Assembly (NCBI RefSeq): GCF_001194135.2
Contig: NC_068981.1
Location: 51,540,121 to 51,601,898, forward strand
Reading direction: 5' to 3'
Length of the DNA stretch: 61,778 nucleotides
Source of the DNA: Octopus bimaculoides
Lineage: Eukaryota
In this document: positions 1-12,035 of the stretch, piece after piece
How positions within the stretch are numbered: the stretch's first letter is position 1
Layout: each line of letters begins with the position of its first letter
Translations under genes and position numbers: made by a program
The notes under the pieces: generated by a model
Databases searched by the model: none
What the model saw: the letters and a program-made list of their open reading frames with translations, nothing else
Told to the model about the DNA's origin: nothing

Positions 1-963
1 TATAATTGTCTATTACTTTAGCTTCAGTACCATACTTCGTGGAAATAAACTTGATATCTTTAATGAACAGCTGCTGATCATAGGTACACTACATTCATAT
101 ATTAGTGTCACTCGCATGCTTCTTTTAACAGCATTTTTGTAACTAGCTCTTGCATGTGAATGCAAAAAAAAAATTAAGTATAAATAAGGAAATGTGAAGT
201 GATGGTCAGAAGAAATCCAAGACACACTACACTTCTTGTTGATATTAGCACATAGGCGCGCGCGCGCGCCGATACGTGTACGAATATTGTTGTTGCTGTT
301 GTTTATACTAAAGTAAGCTCTCATGCAGCAACTTATGATCAAATATGTTTAAGACGTGCCTATATTAAAATACAAACGTGTATGATTTGATTTTAAAGAA
401 GACTTACTTTGGCTAAACAACCAGTGAGAGGCTCATCCGTTGCTGTAAATATATGAATGGATGTTTGCACGTATGTGAGAACAATCTGTAAATGCGTCAC
501 ATAATCAGAGCTAATTTACACTCAGTTTTAATGTATTTCGAAATGATCCGAAAAAGAAAAGCGATATAATTTTTACAATATATTTACATGATGTCTGGAA
601 TTCAACACTGCAATTAACTCGGTCTCGGAAATTAGACATTACCTTGTTACTTTTAGACTTTACAGATCGTATTTACTCATACTTAGAATGAGACAATTTT
701 TAACTGCTACTCAGTTACAATATCGTACAGCAATATTGTGAGTCTTTTATCGCCATTGTAGCAAAGAAGGATAAGTTTATGCTTTATTTACATTATTTAC
801 ATTTGACGGACGGATATTTGTCTTTATTTTGTTTGTTGTTAACACAACGTTTCAACTGATATACTCTCCAGGTGTCTTGGGAAAATTTCGAACCTGGGTT
901 CTCATTCCTAAGGTATTTTTCAATGTTGTTATTCTTCTTCTTCTTATTATTATTATTATTATT

Positions 964-1046
964 ACTCAGGTCACTGCCTGGAATCGAACTCGAAATCTTG
1001 GGGTAAGTAGCCCGCGCTCTTAACCACTACACCATATTCCCGTGGG
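964..1046 (-). mobile_element. Truncated tRNA-derived SINE head
   Basis: Minus strand reads ATGGTGTAGTGGTTAAGAGCGCGGGCT...GAGTTCGATTCCAGGC, with A-box and B-box-like motifs, followed by a (TAA)n tail. No complete cloverleaf. Confidence 0.7.
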
Positions 1047-1079
1047 TTATGCTTTGCTGAAAAAACGGCATAAAGCTAA

Positions 1080-1268
1080 TCCTTTCTTAGGCCTGAAATT
1101 TGGGGGGAGGGAACCAATCGATTAGATCGACACCAGTGCACAACTGGTGTCTAATTTATCGACCCCGAAAGGATGAAAGGCAAAGGCGACCTCGGCGGAA
1201 TTTGAACTCAGAACGTACAAATGAACTAAATACCGCTAAGCATTTTGCCCTCCTTAGCTCGCCGCCTT
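1080..1268 (-). mobile_element. tRNA-derived SINE with Deu/Nin-like core (main family of the window)
   Basis: Plus-strand core ATTTATCGACCCCGAAAGGATGAAAGGCAAAG...CTCGGCGGAATTTGAACTCAGAACG is shared with more than 15 copies in the window. B-box GAGTTCAAATTCC on the minus strand. Confidence 0.9.
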
Positions 1269-2180
1269 AGAACGGCTTAAGACTGAAATATGTCTGGAGT
1301 GGTCACCATTTCACTTGTCAAGACCATCGTAAATCGATATTAGTTATGTTTTTCTTTACCGCATAATAATAATTAATTAGAATTTCCCCTCTATATATAT
1401 CCTGCTCACTACATCATAATTATTAATTACTCATATTCCTTTTTATTCCAACAATTAGTATCATAGTCCCAAATTGTTTATCACTTGTAAGGAATATGAC
1501 AATAACTAATTTTCTTACTATGATCCCTCAATAGAGTTCGAAACGATGCATTGCAATCAGTTTATAGTGTATAACTCTTGTTTCATGACCGATACTCGAT
1601 CTACTGAGCCAGTTGTAGTACAGATATAACGACACACGGGTGCATGTACACAGCACTCTCTCCTAACATCACATACAAACAAACCGATACCCGCTAACAA
1701 ATAAACAGACCCATACTGTACACAAAATACTCAACACACCAAAAGAAAAATGAACACCCAGACACGGATTAGGTCAAGGGCAAATATGACTGAGCAGAGG
1801 TTTTATAAAAAGCCACTCCTACGCCACTCTACCAGTGGTCAGTATATCTTTTTGTGGCCCATAGGTCTATATTATATAATGTGATTCTTATTTTAAAATG
1901 TAGTGTGTAGTTTGAAGGAAATAGTGATACCAGTTCTAAAAGGTTATCAACCATTTAAATGTTCCCTCCTTGCCAAGTCCAGGTGCTGCTTCAATCGATT
2001 CTATCATCTGGAGGCGAAAGAGCATATAATGTATGCATAGATAGACAGATAAAGAAAGGGAAAACGATAAATACAAAGTACGAGAGAGCAAAGGAGAAAA
2101 ATATATTTCAGTCTATCTTTCATGTAAATACTTAATCATATACTGCACACCTCCCAGAAACATATATTCATACATAAATA

Positions 2181-2240
<60 letters not shown>

Positions 2241-2612
2241 TTTATGTATGCATGTATGTATATATGTATATATCTTTATTTCCAGAATATACTTGAAAAT
2301 CCTGCCGCTACATTTCAACACTGTGAAAAGAGAAACATAATAAATGATGTAAAAAAGTGAAGATAAATTCTGTCTAATTCCCGCGTGGTATTATGTGTCA
2401 AAGTTCCACATTATGTATTAAATATTAATTCCATCCCATTAACCAAATCAAGTTAATTTGTCTGCTTTGTGAGTTTCTTTTTGCACAATTATTCCGCCAT
2501 TACTACGTAAATCCACGTTGCGAGGTTTTACCTATAAGGTAATAGTAATCTATATTTACAATCTTTATATACCCTAGGGCATCGGATTTTAATATTCACC
2601 TGAAACACTTAC

Positions 2613-2632
2613 CATCTTCCCATCTCAGTGCA
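2613..2632 (-). other. Candidate 20-nt micro-exon, followed by an intron (2612-2321) and a candidate downstream exon starting at 2320
   Basis: Acceptor ttatttcgctataaccag, donor GATG|gtaagt, downstream acceptor tttctcttttcacag. No transcript evidence. Confidence 0.3.
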
Positions 2633-3365
2633 CTGGTTATAGCGAAATAAATATTTAATTATGTTTTTGGTCAAAACGTTTTTAAAACACTTCTTTATCT
2701 TAAACACTCAAGTCAAGTCAGGTATTTTAGGATTTAACAACCATTTGCGTTATATAGTGAGATAAGAGCAATAATATACAAACTTAAAGAACTAAAGAGA
2801 AAATTCTAATTTTCAATATAATCGAATCGATAAATCCTCACAAACATGTATCATGTTTCCATTAAAATTAAAATATAAAAAATAAGCGATATTTCGTTAA
2901 TCGGACAGAATATTAATAATTTCATAAATATGTTCAAAGACTCTATCTATTTTCTATTTCTTTATCCATCTCCCTATCTGCCTATCAACCTCGATCTATC
3001 TTGTATCTGTCAATGTATCCATGTATCTATCTATGTGTGTAACCATGCTTCTATCTTGCCATTTATATATCTACCTATATCTCTACACTCTTCCCAAATT
3101 AGCAATCTACAGTTTTATCTTACTAACAAATTCCCTTTATATCTATCCGTCTATTCAGCTGTCTATCGATTTAGCTATCTCTATTTTCTCTTTAGCATAT
3201 TATATATCAATCTGTCAATATGAATCTATCTATCTCTCTACCGACATATCTATCTATTTATCTATCATTTATCTATCAATTCCTCAATCTATCCACTTAG
3301 CTATCTATCCACCAATATACATATATACATATATACAAACATACATATATATATATATATATATA

Positions 3366-3699
3366 NNNNNNNNNNNNNNNNNNNNNNNNNNNNNNNNNNN
3401 NNNNNNNNNNNNNNNNNNNNNNNNNNNNNNNNNNNNNNNNNNNNNNNNNNNNNNNNNNNNNNNNNNNNNNNNNNNNNNNNNNNNNNNNNNNNNNNNNNNN
3501 NNNNNNNNNNNNNNNNNNNNNNNNNNNNNNNNNNNNNNNNNNNNNNNNNNNNNNNNNNNNNNNNNNNNNNNNNNNNNNNNNNNNNNNNNNNNNNNNNNNN
3601 NNNNNNNNNNNNNNNNNNNNNNNNNNNNNNNNNNNNNNNNNNNNNNNNNNNNNNNNNNNNNNNNNNNNNNNNNNNNNNNNNNNNNNNNNNNNNNNNNNN
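3366..3699. other. Assembly gap (others: 5297-5332, 6657-6666, 25467-25686, 27192-27700, 41859-42127, 43333-43574, 55379-55830)
   Basis: Runs of N, most flanked by (TA)n, (CA)n or (TG)n microsatellites. Confidence 0.99.
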
Positions 3700-3731
<32 letters not shown>

Positions 3732-4044
3732 CGTATGGCATGTTTGCCCGTCTTTTTTATATTTCTTCAGTTTCTATTTATATAAGAATGCTTTTGCATG
3801 TTTATATACCTGGGAGTGAAATACACACATACATACGGATCGTTCAACGTTTTCAATATGCTCTTTTTTCTCCGGTCTCTCACTCTCTCTCTCTCTCTCT
3901 ATCTATCTATTTATCTGTTTATGTATCTATCTCTATCTCTATCTCCCTGTCCCTTTCTCCCTCTCTCCTCCTCTCTCCGTGACTGTGTGTAGATACACAC
4001 TCACAGGTACATGTACGCACTCATCTATATATCTTTAAATAGAC

Positions 4045-4100
4045 AGGCAGGCAGGCAGGCGGGCAGGCAGAGAGACAGATAGACAGACAGGCAGACAGAC

Positions 4101-4170
<70 letters not shown>

Positions 4171-4171
4171 G

Positions 4172-4217
<46 letters not shown>
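4045..4217. repeat. (AGGC)/(AGAC)/(AGAT)n compound microsatellite
   Basis: Directly visible tetranucleotide arrays. Confidence 0.97.
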
Positions 4218-5164
4218 TGCATATTGATATATTTTGTTATTTTTTTCATGTTTTTTTATCATATTCACCAAGGAATTGAAATAGATTTTACCTTGCAATT
4301 TTCCTTTTACTTGAGATATTAAATTTTTCAGTATTTAAAGGAAAATATAAATAATTGAAATAGAAAGTTATTTTATTTTAAATTTTATCTTTGTGTTTAA
4401 GTTTAATACGAAAGTTGGGCAACAAAGGAAGTAATGTTATGTTTCCAACGATAAGATGATTACAATATATAATGAAATATAAGGAAATGGAATCAACACA
4501 ACCTGTAGAGCAGTGACTAAGTATTTTGCGGCATAATATTTCGCTATCGATATTTTCCATCTGTCCTTGTCTTTTTTTTTTTATCGTTTTTATCATATCC
4601 CGAAACAACATTTTATTATTAAATGTTTTGCCCAATTCACCAGCGTAACAGAAAACAGTATGATCGCCATATTGACAATGACTTCGGCGTCATTTCACTC
4701 ACGAGAGATGTACTGAAGTGCTTCATCCTATAGAAGAACACTTTTCACTTAACATTTGAACTCACTTCTACTTTACAACCTTCACCTACGTATAACATAA
4801 ACATATCGATTCCCAACTCTGCTTCAAATATTTTCGCTCTCACCTCAAACTCAGTAAAACGACTACTTCTGACAATTCATTTTTCTCTGCCAACTGTGCT
4901 AAAATTGTCAATTTTCATATTCTATTTGAAAGAGGAGTAAAGGCTGCCAGCAAGTGTTGGGGAAATCTGATCAGAAACCCTATTATGGTTTTCTTATGTA
5001 TATATTAACAATACTCGAAGTTCATATAGCGCTATCACTATTTTTAAGTCTTCTGTTAGGAAGACCTGCAGGTTAGAAAACACGATAATGAAGAATGTCC
5101 CTTCTCAATTAATGGCGGAATTGATGACTCGCTATTACTAGCGACATGCCCTTCAATATATGTC

Positions 5165-5188
5165 TATATATATATATATACATATATA

Positions 5189-5284
<96 letters not shown>

Positions 5285-5332
5285 GATATATATATANNNN
5301 NNNNNNNNNNNNNNNNNNNNNNNNNNNNNNNN

Positions 5333-5398
<66 letters not shown>

Positions 5399-5450
5399 GA
5401 TATATATATAAACACACATACAGAGACACAGAGAGAGAGAGAGAGAGTTA
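5165..5450. repeat. (TA)/(TG)/(GA)n compound microsatellite with gap
   Basis: Directly visible. Confidence 0.97.
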
Positions 5451-5609
5451 CATATATACATGCATACGTAAATATCTAATGCGGTCAGCATTCATCATTC
5501 CACTCTCACAACCTCCATCCACCACAAACACACAGACTCACACTCATGCCTCAACGTCTTCTCCTCCCACCCTAAAAACACCAAGATTTTCATCCCCTAT
5601 TCCCAATTC

Positions 5610-6420
5610 CTCCGTCTAAGTAGGCACTGTAGTGACGACCATGACTTTGAGACTCAGTCTCAACTTATGGCTCGCCACTTGCGCCTACGTGAATTTCCTC
5701 TCGCCACTGTCCACACTGCCCTTACCAGAGCACGTTCCGTAGACCGTGCATCTGCTCCCCCCGCCACCATCCCACCGTCTCCCTCTCCGATTCCCCCTCA
5801 CCTACCATCGCTCCACCCTACCTCTCCAACGCACCATTCTCCGACCCTTCCGACGACTCCAGTCTTTCCCCTCCACTTCGCACATCTTCCCTAACTGACC
5901 CGTCCCCTCCTTCAAACGAGCTCACAATATACGAGACTTCTTGGTCCACATCTTTTCCCTAACCAAACCTCCCAACCCGGCTCGTTCCCCTGCTCCCACC
6001 CACGCTGCCGCACTTGCCCATACCTCTCCAACACCTCCCTCCACACCGGCACCCATCATCGACCCTCTCATATCACTGACTCCTTCAACTGCACTTCTAC
6101 CAATGTCATCTACTTCATCTCCTGCTCTCTCTGCCCTTCTCTATAAATCGGGCAAACGGGACATCGCTTGGCTGATCGGTTCGCGGAACACTTCCGAGAC
6201 ATGCGACTCGGCAATGACATCCCGGACTCACGCCATTTCTGCTCCACAGGTCACTCTTCGCAATACCTGGCTGTGTTCGGATTGTCCTTGCACAGGTGCA
6301 TCCGTACTCCCGTTTTCACCGTGAACAGGGATTAATATTCTCTCTTCGCCCCTTTGCGCCACATGGGTTTCAACTCTCCTCTCCTCTTCATCTAACCTCC
6401 TTCCCTCTCCTCTCTCTCTC
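5610..6420 (+). mobile_element. Penelope-like retroelement relic, family A (RT thumb plus GIY-YIG endonuclease)
   Basis: Translation ARHLRLREFPLATVHTALTRARSVDR. At about 6085-6250: FNCTSTNVIYFISCSLCPSL*IGQTGHRLADRFAEHFRDMR (GIY-YIG bipartite motif). Then EQGLIFSLRPFAPHGF. Stops and frameshifts present. Confidence 0.88.
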
Positions 6421-7079
6421 ACACCTACTTTTTCCCACCCACCTCTCCTCTCTTGTTCCGACACCTACTTTTTCTCTTCACTCCTACTCTCCTTCTCTCT
6501 GCTCTTCATTCCTACCCAGCTTCTCACTTTCCCCTCTCTCTTCATCGGCACCCCTCCCTCGTAACCCTACACAATCCAACCCCTCCTTCCCTATCCATTA
6601 CACCCCACCCACCCTATCCCTTAGACGCACTCCTACATACCCCACTTCTACCTCCANNNNNNNNNNTATCCATTACACCCCACCCACCCTATCCCTTAGA
6701 CGCACTCCTACATACCCCACTTCTACCTCCAACCTCTGCTAACCCACATACCCCACCTTCAGCCTAATGCACACCCCATCCTTGCTTCCTCCACTCTCGC
6801 CTCCACCACATCCCAATACCATCACACCACATCACACACCACTACACCATACACCACCATACCACACAACACCACATCACATCACACCACCACGCACACA
6901 CTAGCACTGACCACTTCCCAGCCTCACATCCACATACCTACACACACGCACACGTCAAGGTCACCAGCCCTCTTATACATGCTCTCTTATACAATGGAAC
7001 GGCACTTTCGTTTTGGGATAACCACTACATTATTATCTCTCCTTCTTCCTAGCTCTCCTGTGTGAACCCTCTGTCCGGC

Positions 7080-7290
7080 ATTCGCCATGATAGATCGCTA
7101 GCCACTACACATTCTTTATTTTCTCTCCTTGTTTCTTTCTGTGTTCCTTTCGGCGGAAGTGCGTAGGCCCAAAACTTTAAAGACTTTATTTACTTCCCGA
7201 ACGTTAAACTAATACATCTCTTTGTTGTCTACACCACCTGTCTTCGTCTTTTGTTTTTGTTTTTTTTGTGAATTCGCCCTATATATTTAC
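7080..7290 (+). mobile_element. Retroelement 3' terminal (pLTR-like) module, homologous to 27712-27910
   Basis: Shared TTCGCCATGATAGATCGCTAGCCACTA...CCTGTCTTCGTCTTTTGTTTT between the two loci. Lies downstream of a Penelope GIY-YIG. Confidence 0.7.
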
Positions 7291-7519
7291 CTAGTTATCT
7301 CGACACACAAACGTATGAATATGTGTGTGTATGTGCATGTGTTTGTATATGTGTGCGTGTGTGTGTGCATGTGTGTGCGGAAGTGAGTGTGTAAATATAT
7401 TCACCATTATAAGAAAGGTTTGAGAGTGACTTCGAAGTATCGGCTTCATCACCTATATCAGATTGCCTAATACAGGCGTGCAGTTCATTGTTCGATGTCA
7501 ATATTAACCGTTTCCAAGC

Positions 7520-7650
7520 TCCACGTTGCCTTGTATCCTTTCGTGGTCGATTAAAATAAGTACCAGTTGAGTACTGAGGCTGATGTCATCGAATTATCCC
7601 TTCCCCCTAAATTGATGGCCGTGTTCCAGAATTGGAAATCAATATTAACT
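7520..7650 (+). mobile_element. SINE core and tail fragment
   Basis: CCTTTCGTGGTCGATTAAAATAAGTACCAGTTGAGTACTG matches the main family core. Confidence 0.75.
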
Positions 7651-8066
7651 GTTTACTTGTAAAAGTTATGTGAAGCAAGGTGGAAAACAGTACTCGAATA
7701 CCTCAGGTAGTGTAATATGCTTTATCAATAAAGCTGCAAAGACATCACCAAAACTGATACTCAGAATTTCGCGTTGCTTATCGAGTAGTTAACTCCTAAG
7801 TAAGTAGGAGAGGCGGCCCACATTATAGATAAAAGGATTTAAAAACACGGTGACATTTCAATGTAAATCAAAAATCCTCCAATGCAATCAACTAGCAGTA
7901 CAAAAACATAGTGGATAAATTAAGAAAATGCTGAGGTAAAAATATTTCTACTCAACCCAAAGATTGCAGCCGTTGTTCGAGCACAGGATGCAGATACTGA
8001 CCTCACACATATTACACACACAGAATGAATGGTTAACATTCCTTAACCAAAACCCACCACCCCAGT

Positions 8067-8452
8067 TGTTGTTGGTGTTGTTGTTGTTGGCACTCCGTCG
8101 CTTACGACGTTGATGGTTCCAGTCGATTCAATCAACGGAACAGCTTGCTCGTGAAATTAACGTGCAAGTGGCTGAGCACTCCACAGACACGTGTACCCTT
8201 AACGTAGTTCTCGGGGATATTCAGCGTGACACAGTGTTACAAGGCTGACCCTTTGCATTACAGGCACAACAGAAACAGGAAGTAAGAGTTAGAGAAAGTT
8301 GTGGTGAAAGAGTACAGCAGGGTTCGCCACCATCTCCTGCTGGAGCCTCGTGGAGCTTTTAGGTGTTTTCGCTCAATAAACACTCACAACGCCCGGTCTG
8401 GGAATCGAAACCACGAGTCCGCTGCCCTAACCACTGGGCCATTGCGCCTCCA
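8067..8452 (-). mobile_element. Full-length tRNA-derived SINE (second family) with (AAC)n tail and 12-bp TSD
   Basis: Head GTGGAGGCGCAATGGCCCAGTGGTTAGGGCAGCGGACTCG...GGTTTCGATTCCCAGACC. Direct repeat CACCACCCCAGT at 8055-8066 and 8453-8464. Confidence 0.9.
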
Positions 8453-9302
8453 CACCACCCCAGTAATAAAAGAATAAACATACAATAAAACTAAAACCCA
8501 CTAAAATCAATTACACGCACATAAACACATACACACACACACACACACACTTTCACGCGTACATACATATACACAAGTGTGTTGTGATAAACAAATGGCA
8601 GCAAAATAAACAGAGAAGGAAATAAAAATCAAAACTATAACACATCTGCAGACATGCGTGCCATAGGAATTTAACAAACAAGAAAAATCACTTAGAATAA
8701 CTAAATTTCTTGAAAATATATACCCATTGAAAAGTTAACAAGAATAGCGTGGTGAAAAATATCTGGGGAAAATATAACTTAAAAACAAAAAGCAGGGGCT
8801 GCTTAAAACGCTTTAATAATCTGATTCTTACAAATTATGATAATATATTTAGAAAGGTATTTCAAAAGTCTCATTAACATTACTATAAAGCGTTTAAGAA
8901 CGAGACCGGTTAACGTTATTTGAACTTTTCAGTTTATATCTCCACTTTCCCCACTCTCCATCCCGATTAAACCAGCAATCTGATTGCATAATTAAGCATA
9001 CCACTCGACTGAGTTCACCATAGAATTTCATTATAGATTATTCACTGTCATCCCCTTTTTCTCCTAGCAACCATGACTACCATGGACAGTTCATGCAAGT
9101 TGATCCATTAAAAAGATTACTGTTATATTATACAATATTTAGGACACTATATGTTTTCTCATCAGTTGTTTGCAACATTTTCTAGAATGTATGAAATAAA
9201 ATACATACAACAAAATTTCGAGGGTACAGTTGAAGGCTTTAATATAGGTACATAGACGTACATATTATGCATCACATTTAATTTCGGCCTTTTTTTTGGC
9301 CT

Positions 9303-9687
9303 TTTTCAATGACGTGTACTCGAATCTAGTTTCATGTTCCGACGATGATTCGTCGACTCCGCTATAAGAAACAGTGTATAAAACATTCACTGGCATGAAT
9401 ACGGCTGGCTATGATTTCACGCCAATCAAAGGCATCTCACGTTCTGATATTTATTGTCTTTAATACAACACACCTGTTAGAGATATTACGTCAGGACAAT
9501 TGGCCTATTTACAGTTCATATACATGACTATTTTAATTAAAACTGCCTCCATTGCGGTAACTGCATTTTTGTACATCCGAGCAGCTACATGTAACACCAA
9601 CAACTATTTTATTTACTGTTACTTATATCACAGACGAGAAATTCTTGGACAGGCATGTCACTAGCTGTGAGTACACGTCATTGAAAA
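9303..9687. mobile_element. Putative MITE or fold-back element with a perfect 19-bp inverted repeat
   Basis: TTTTCAATGACGTGTACTC (9303-9321) and GAGTACACGTCATTGAAAA (9669-9687). No clear TSD. Confidence 0.45.
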
Positions 9688-9974
9688 CGTCAAAATGCAT
9701 CTACTATTCTTACTGCTCAGGCGAATGTTCTCTCTTCTATATTGTGTTTATAATACGCCACATCTATAAGAGATGTTTCTCACGGAAAATACAGCAATAG
9801 CTGCTCTATCATAAGTGCGATACATAGATGTCTGTTTTAATTTAATACTGTCTCAGTTGCATATACCAGATATATATATATGAATATATACGAGGACCTG
9901 TGATTGGGCAGAAGATGCTTCAACAAATTCTCTGTAGATCCAACATACTTCTGTGTATATGTCCTTGAGTCCGT

Positions 9975-10300
9975 AGTGTTACAGCTACTATTGTTGCTGT
10001 CGTTATCACTGCCGTTGCTGTTGCTACGGAAGGAACTGCTGCCGGTGCTGCTGCTGCTGCTGCTGCTGCTGGTATCGCCGCTATTGTTACTGTTATTGCT
10101 GGACGCGATGCTGGTGCCGTAGTTGCCGCCATAATAGCCTCTGTTGTTGTAACTGTCGGATGTATTGTTGGTGTTCTTATTGCCAGACGCGCTGCTGGTG
10201 TTACCGCCCCTGCTGAGCCCGATGCTGCCGCCGCTGCTCCAGTTGCATATGCTGCTGTTACTGGAGAATGTGTTGTTTCTGCCGATGCCGTTGCATCGGA
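9975..10300. repeat. (GCT/GTT)-rich trinucleotide low-complexity tract
   Basis: Degenerate GCT/GTT repeats. These explain the poly-Leu and poly-Ala ORFs. Confidence 0.9.
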
Positions 10301-10309
10301 ATTGCCTCC

Positions 10310-10810
10310 TTCCCTCAAGCTGTGTCTATTAAACCATCACCCGTATTTATGTGACTGTGTGAAATGCTTGTCCACTAATCAAAGGAATATTCTTTCCACG
10401 CAGGCCTTGACGTTGAATGCGAAGGGTGGGGCAAAACAAAGCACTTTACATTGGCGCTTCCTTTTGTGGGTTTTTGAACCCAGCATATATAAATACCAAA
10501 GCTTCGTTGCAATAGAGTGCTGCAGCGTCAAAAACCTCCTTACCGGAGTATAGGTTTGACAGCCTTCGTTAGGTTCTTGAACGCGAAATGTGGGGGCAGG
10601 AGGCTGTTTTAATGTACAACAGCCTTTCGTTTGGTTTGCGGTAAGCCTGTTGAACTGGCAGCAAGGTCCAACGTAATGTCTAAGATGTTAACAATGTTAA
10701 GGTTGGTCTCAATTGTAATCATGAACTTATCTAGAATATGCCACATTGCTCCTCTAGACGCAGCTAAAGCCTCATCTCTGTATGGACCAGCAGAGGAAGG
10801 AGCTAACCTA
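10310..10810 (-). mobile_element. Penelope-like relic, family B (RT catalytic end and thumb)
   Basis: PYRDEALAASRG (YRDD-like)...ITIETNLNIVNILDITLDL, then NVKACVERIFL*LVDKHFTQSHKY..FNRHSL in a shifted frame. Confidence 0.8.
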
Positions 10811-11557
10811 GAAAGCATGGGTAGGGAAGGAACTATGGACCAGGAGGTCATGCAGGTTATGGGCTTGTTTGAAAAAGTGAAAGGGTAGGTTAGGGAAGAT
10901 GTGCGAGGTGGAGGTGTCGAACTGGAGTCGCCAGAAGGCTCAGAGAATAAGTTGGAGAGGTAGCGTGGAAGGGTGGTAGTTGCGGGAAAACGGGAGACGG
11001 GTAAGGTTGGGGCGGGTGCGAGGAGAAAGAGGAGCTGCACGGTCCACAGATCGTGCCCGGACAAAGGCAGTGTCGATAATGGTGAGGGGATGGTCGGTAG
11101 CCCAAGTTGGTGAAGCAGTCTTCTTTATTACATGAGGTGGAGTGTTGTGGGAGAGTCCATGTAGCCTGACGCGGCGCACAAAGTGTTGGGTATCAGCACG
11201 GAGCTGAAACTCTTTACTGGACGAAGTGAGAGGGATGAAGCGCAGACCTTTACTGAGAAGAGCTCCACTTCAGAGAGAGATCAGGAGGAATGGTAACAAC
11301 AAACTGAAGTGGGGTATGGGTGGGGTGATGCTGAAAGGCTGGGAGGAGAGAGAGGAGGAAGTGGTGTGTGGAAGGGTGGGAGTAAGGTTGAGGTGGGAGG
11401 GAGTGGCATCGAGTGGGATAGGATGAAAGAGTGAGTGGAGTTTATGTTGTTTAGTGCGAGCAAGGAAGATGTAGAGAAGATGGTTTAGGTCAAGGATAAA
11501 GCATAAGGTGCGATGTGCAACGTATGGTGAGCAGGAGGGGAAACAGGTGGAATAAAC

Positions 11558-11560
<3 letters not shown>
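10811..11560 (-). mobile_element. Penelope-like relic, family A, internally deleted
   Basis: N-terminal LSKGLRFIPLTSSSKEFQLRADTQHFVRRVRL joined directly to thumb TIIDTAFVRARSVDR, which is homologous to about 5700-5750. Confidence 0.8.
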
Positions 11561-11589
<29 letters not shown>

Positions 11590-11593
<4 letters not shown>

Positions 11594-12035
11594 CTTAGCC
11601 CCTCTACCTCCCCTCCTCTACCACGTGAATTCTGTCCGGTCTATGCATTGTCGTCCTTTTTTGGCCCACTACCTTTGAGGTCAGTCGCATCTGTTTTGTT
11701 CTTTGTCATCACCCGGTCAGTCAAGATTTTACCATTTCGTCCGATAGTCGAAAGAGACTTGCTGTTTGTTATTTCTTTGTGTTTGTATATGTACATTCGT
11801 TTGCCTTGCTCAGGGGCTTTAATGCCTTCAGCTAAAACCCTTGGCTTAACTGGTTTCGAGTAGTATCGGAGAGGATTGGGCGAAACTATGTAGACATTCC
11901 AGACTCCGACTAAAGAAGCAATTGGCTGCGAATGATCCGTGTATCTTGTTTTGTCCTGTTTGCCATTGTTGTGCTATCGTCCTCTTCCTGCTTGTTATGT
12001 TTTGACGATTTCTGTGTGTTGTCTTTTATCTCTGA
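11590..12035 (+). mobile_element. Probable retroelement 3' UTR or pLTR-like segment, oriented opposite to the adjacent Penelope copy
   Basis: Pyrimidine/T-rich UTR-like sequence with degenerate hammerhead-like motifs at 11866-11938. Assignment is inferred. Confidence 0.4.

Noticed and set aside
964-1046. tRNA-like sequences here and at all SINE heads
   Set aside because: They have A/B boxes but no complete cloverleaf and run into SINE bodies or tails, so they are not tRNA genes.
1460-1490. CTATGAT-CCCTC-AATA-GAG-TTCGAAACG hammerhead-like trace
   Set aside because: The core is too degenerate and there is no second copy in the window to support it.
3021-3785. Long ORFs rich in YI, CV, TH or LSIY, or spanning X runs (also 5.1-5.6, 25.3-25.8, 26.9-27.9, 41.7-42.2, 44.0-44.4 and 55.2-55.9 kb)
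   Set aside because: They are translations of microsatellites and N gaps, not genes.
6592-6731. Exact 65-bp direct repeat flanking a 10-N gap
   Set aside because: Typical unmerged contig overlap (assembly artefact). The flanks of the 5297-5332 gap look similar.
7690-8000. Hydrophobic minus-strand translation resembling a membrane protein
   Set aside because: Several stops, no ordered motif series, and expected from AT-rich sequence.
9920-10318. Ala/Thr-rich 132-aa ORF and antisense poly-Leu ORF
   Set aside because: Explained by a degenerate trinucleotide tract. No domain or splice support.
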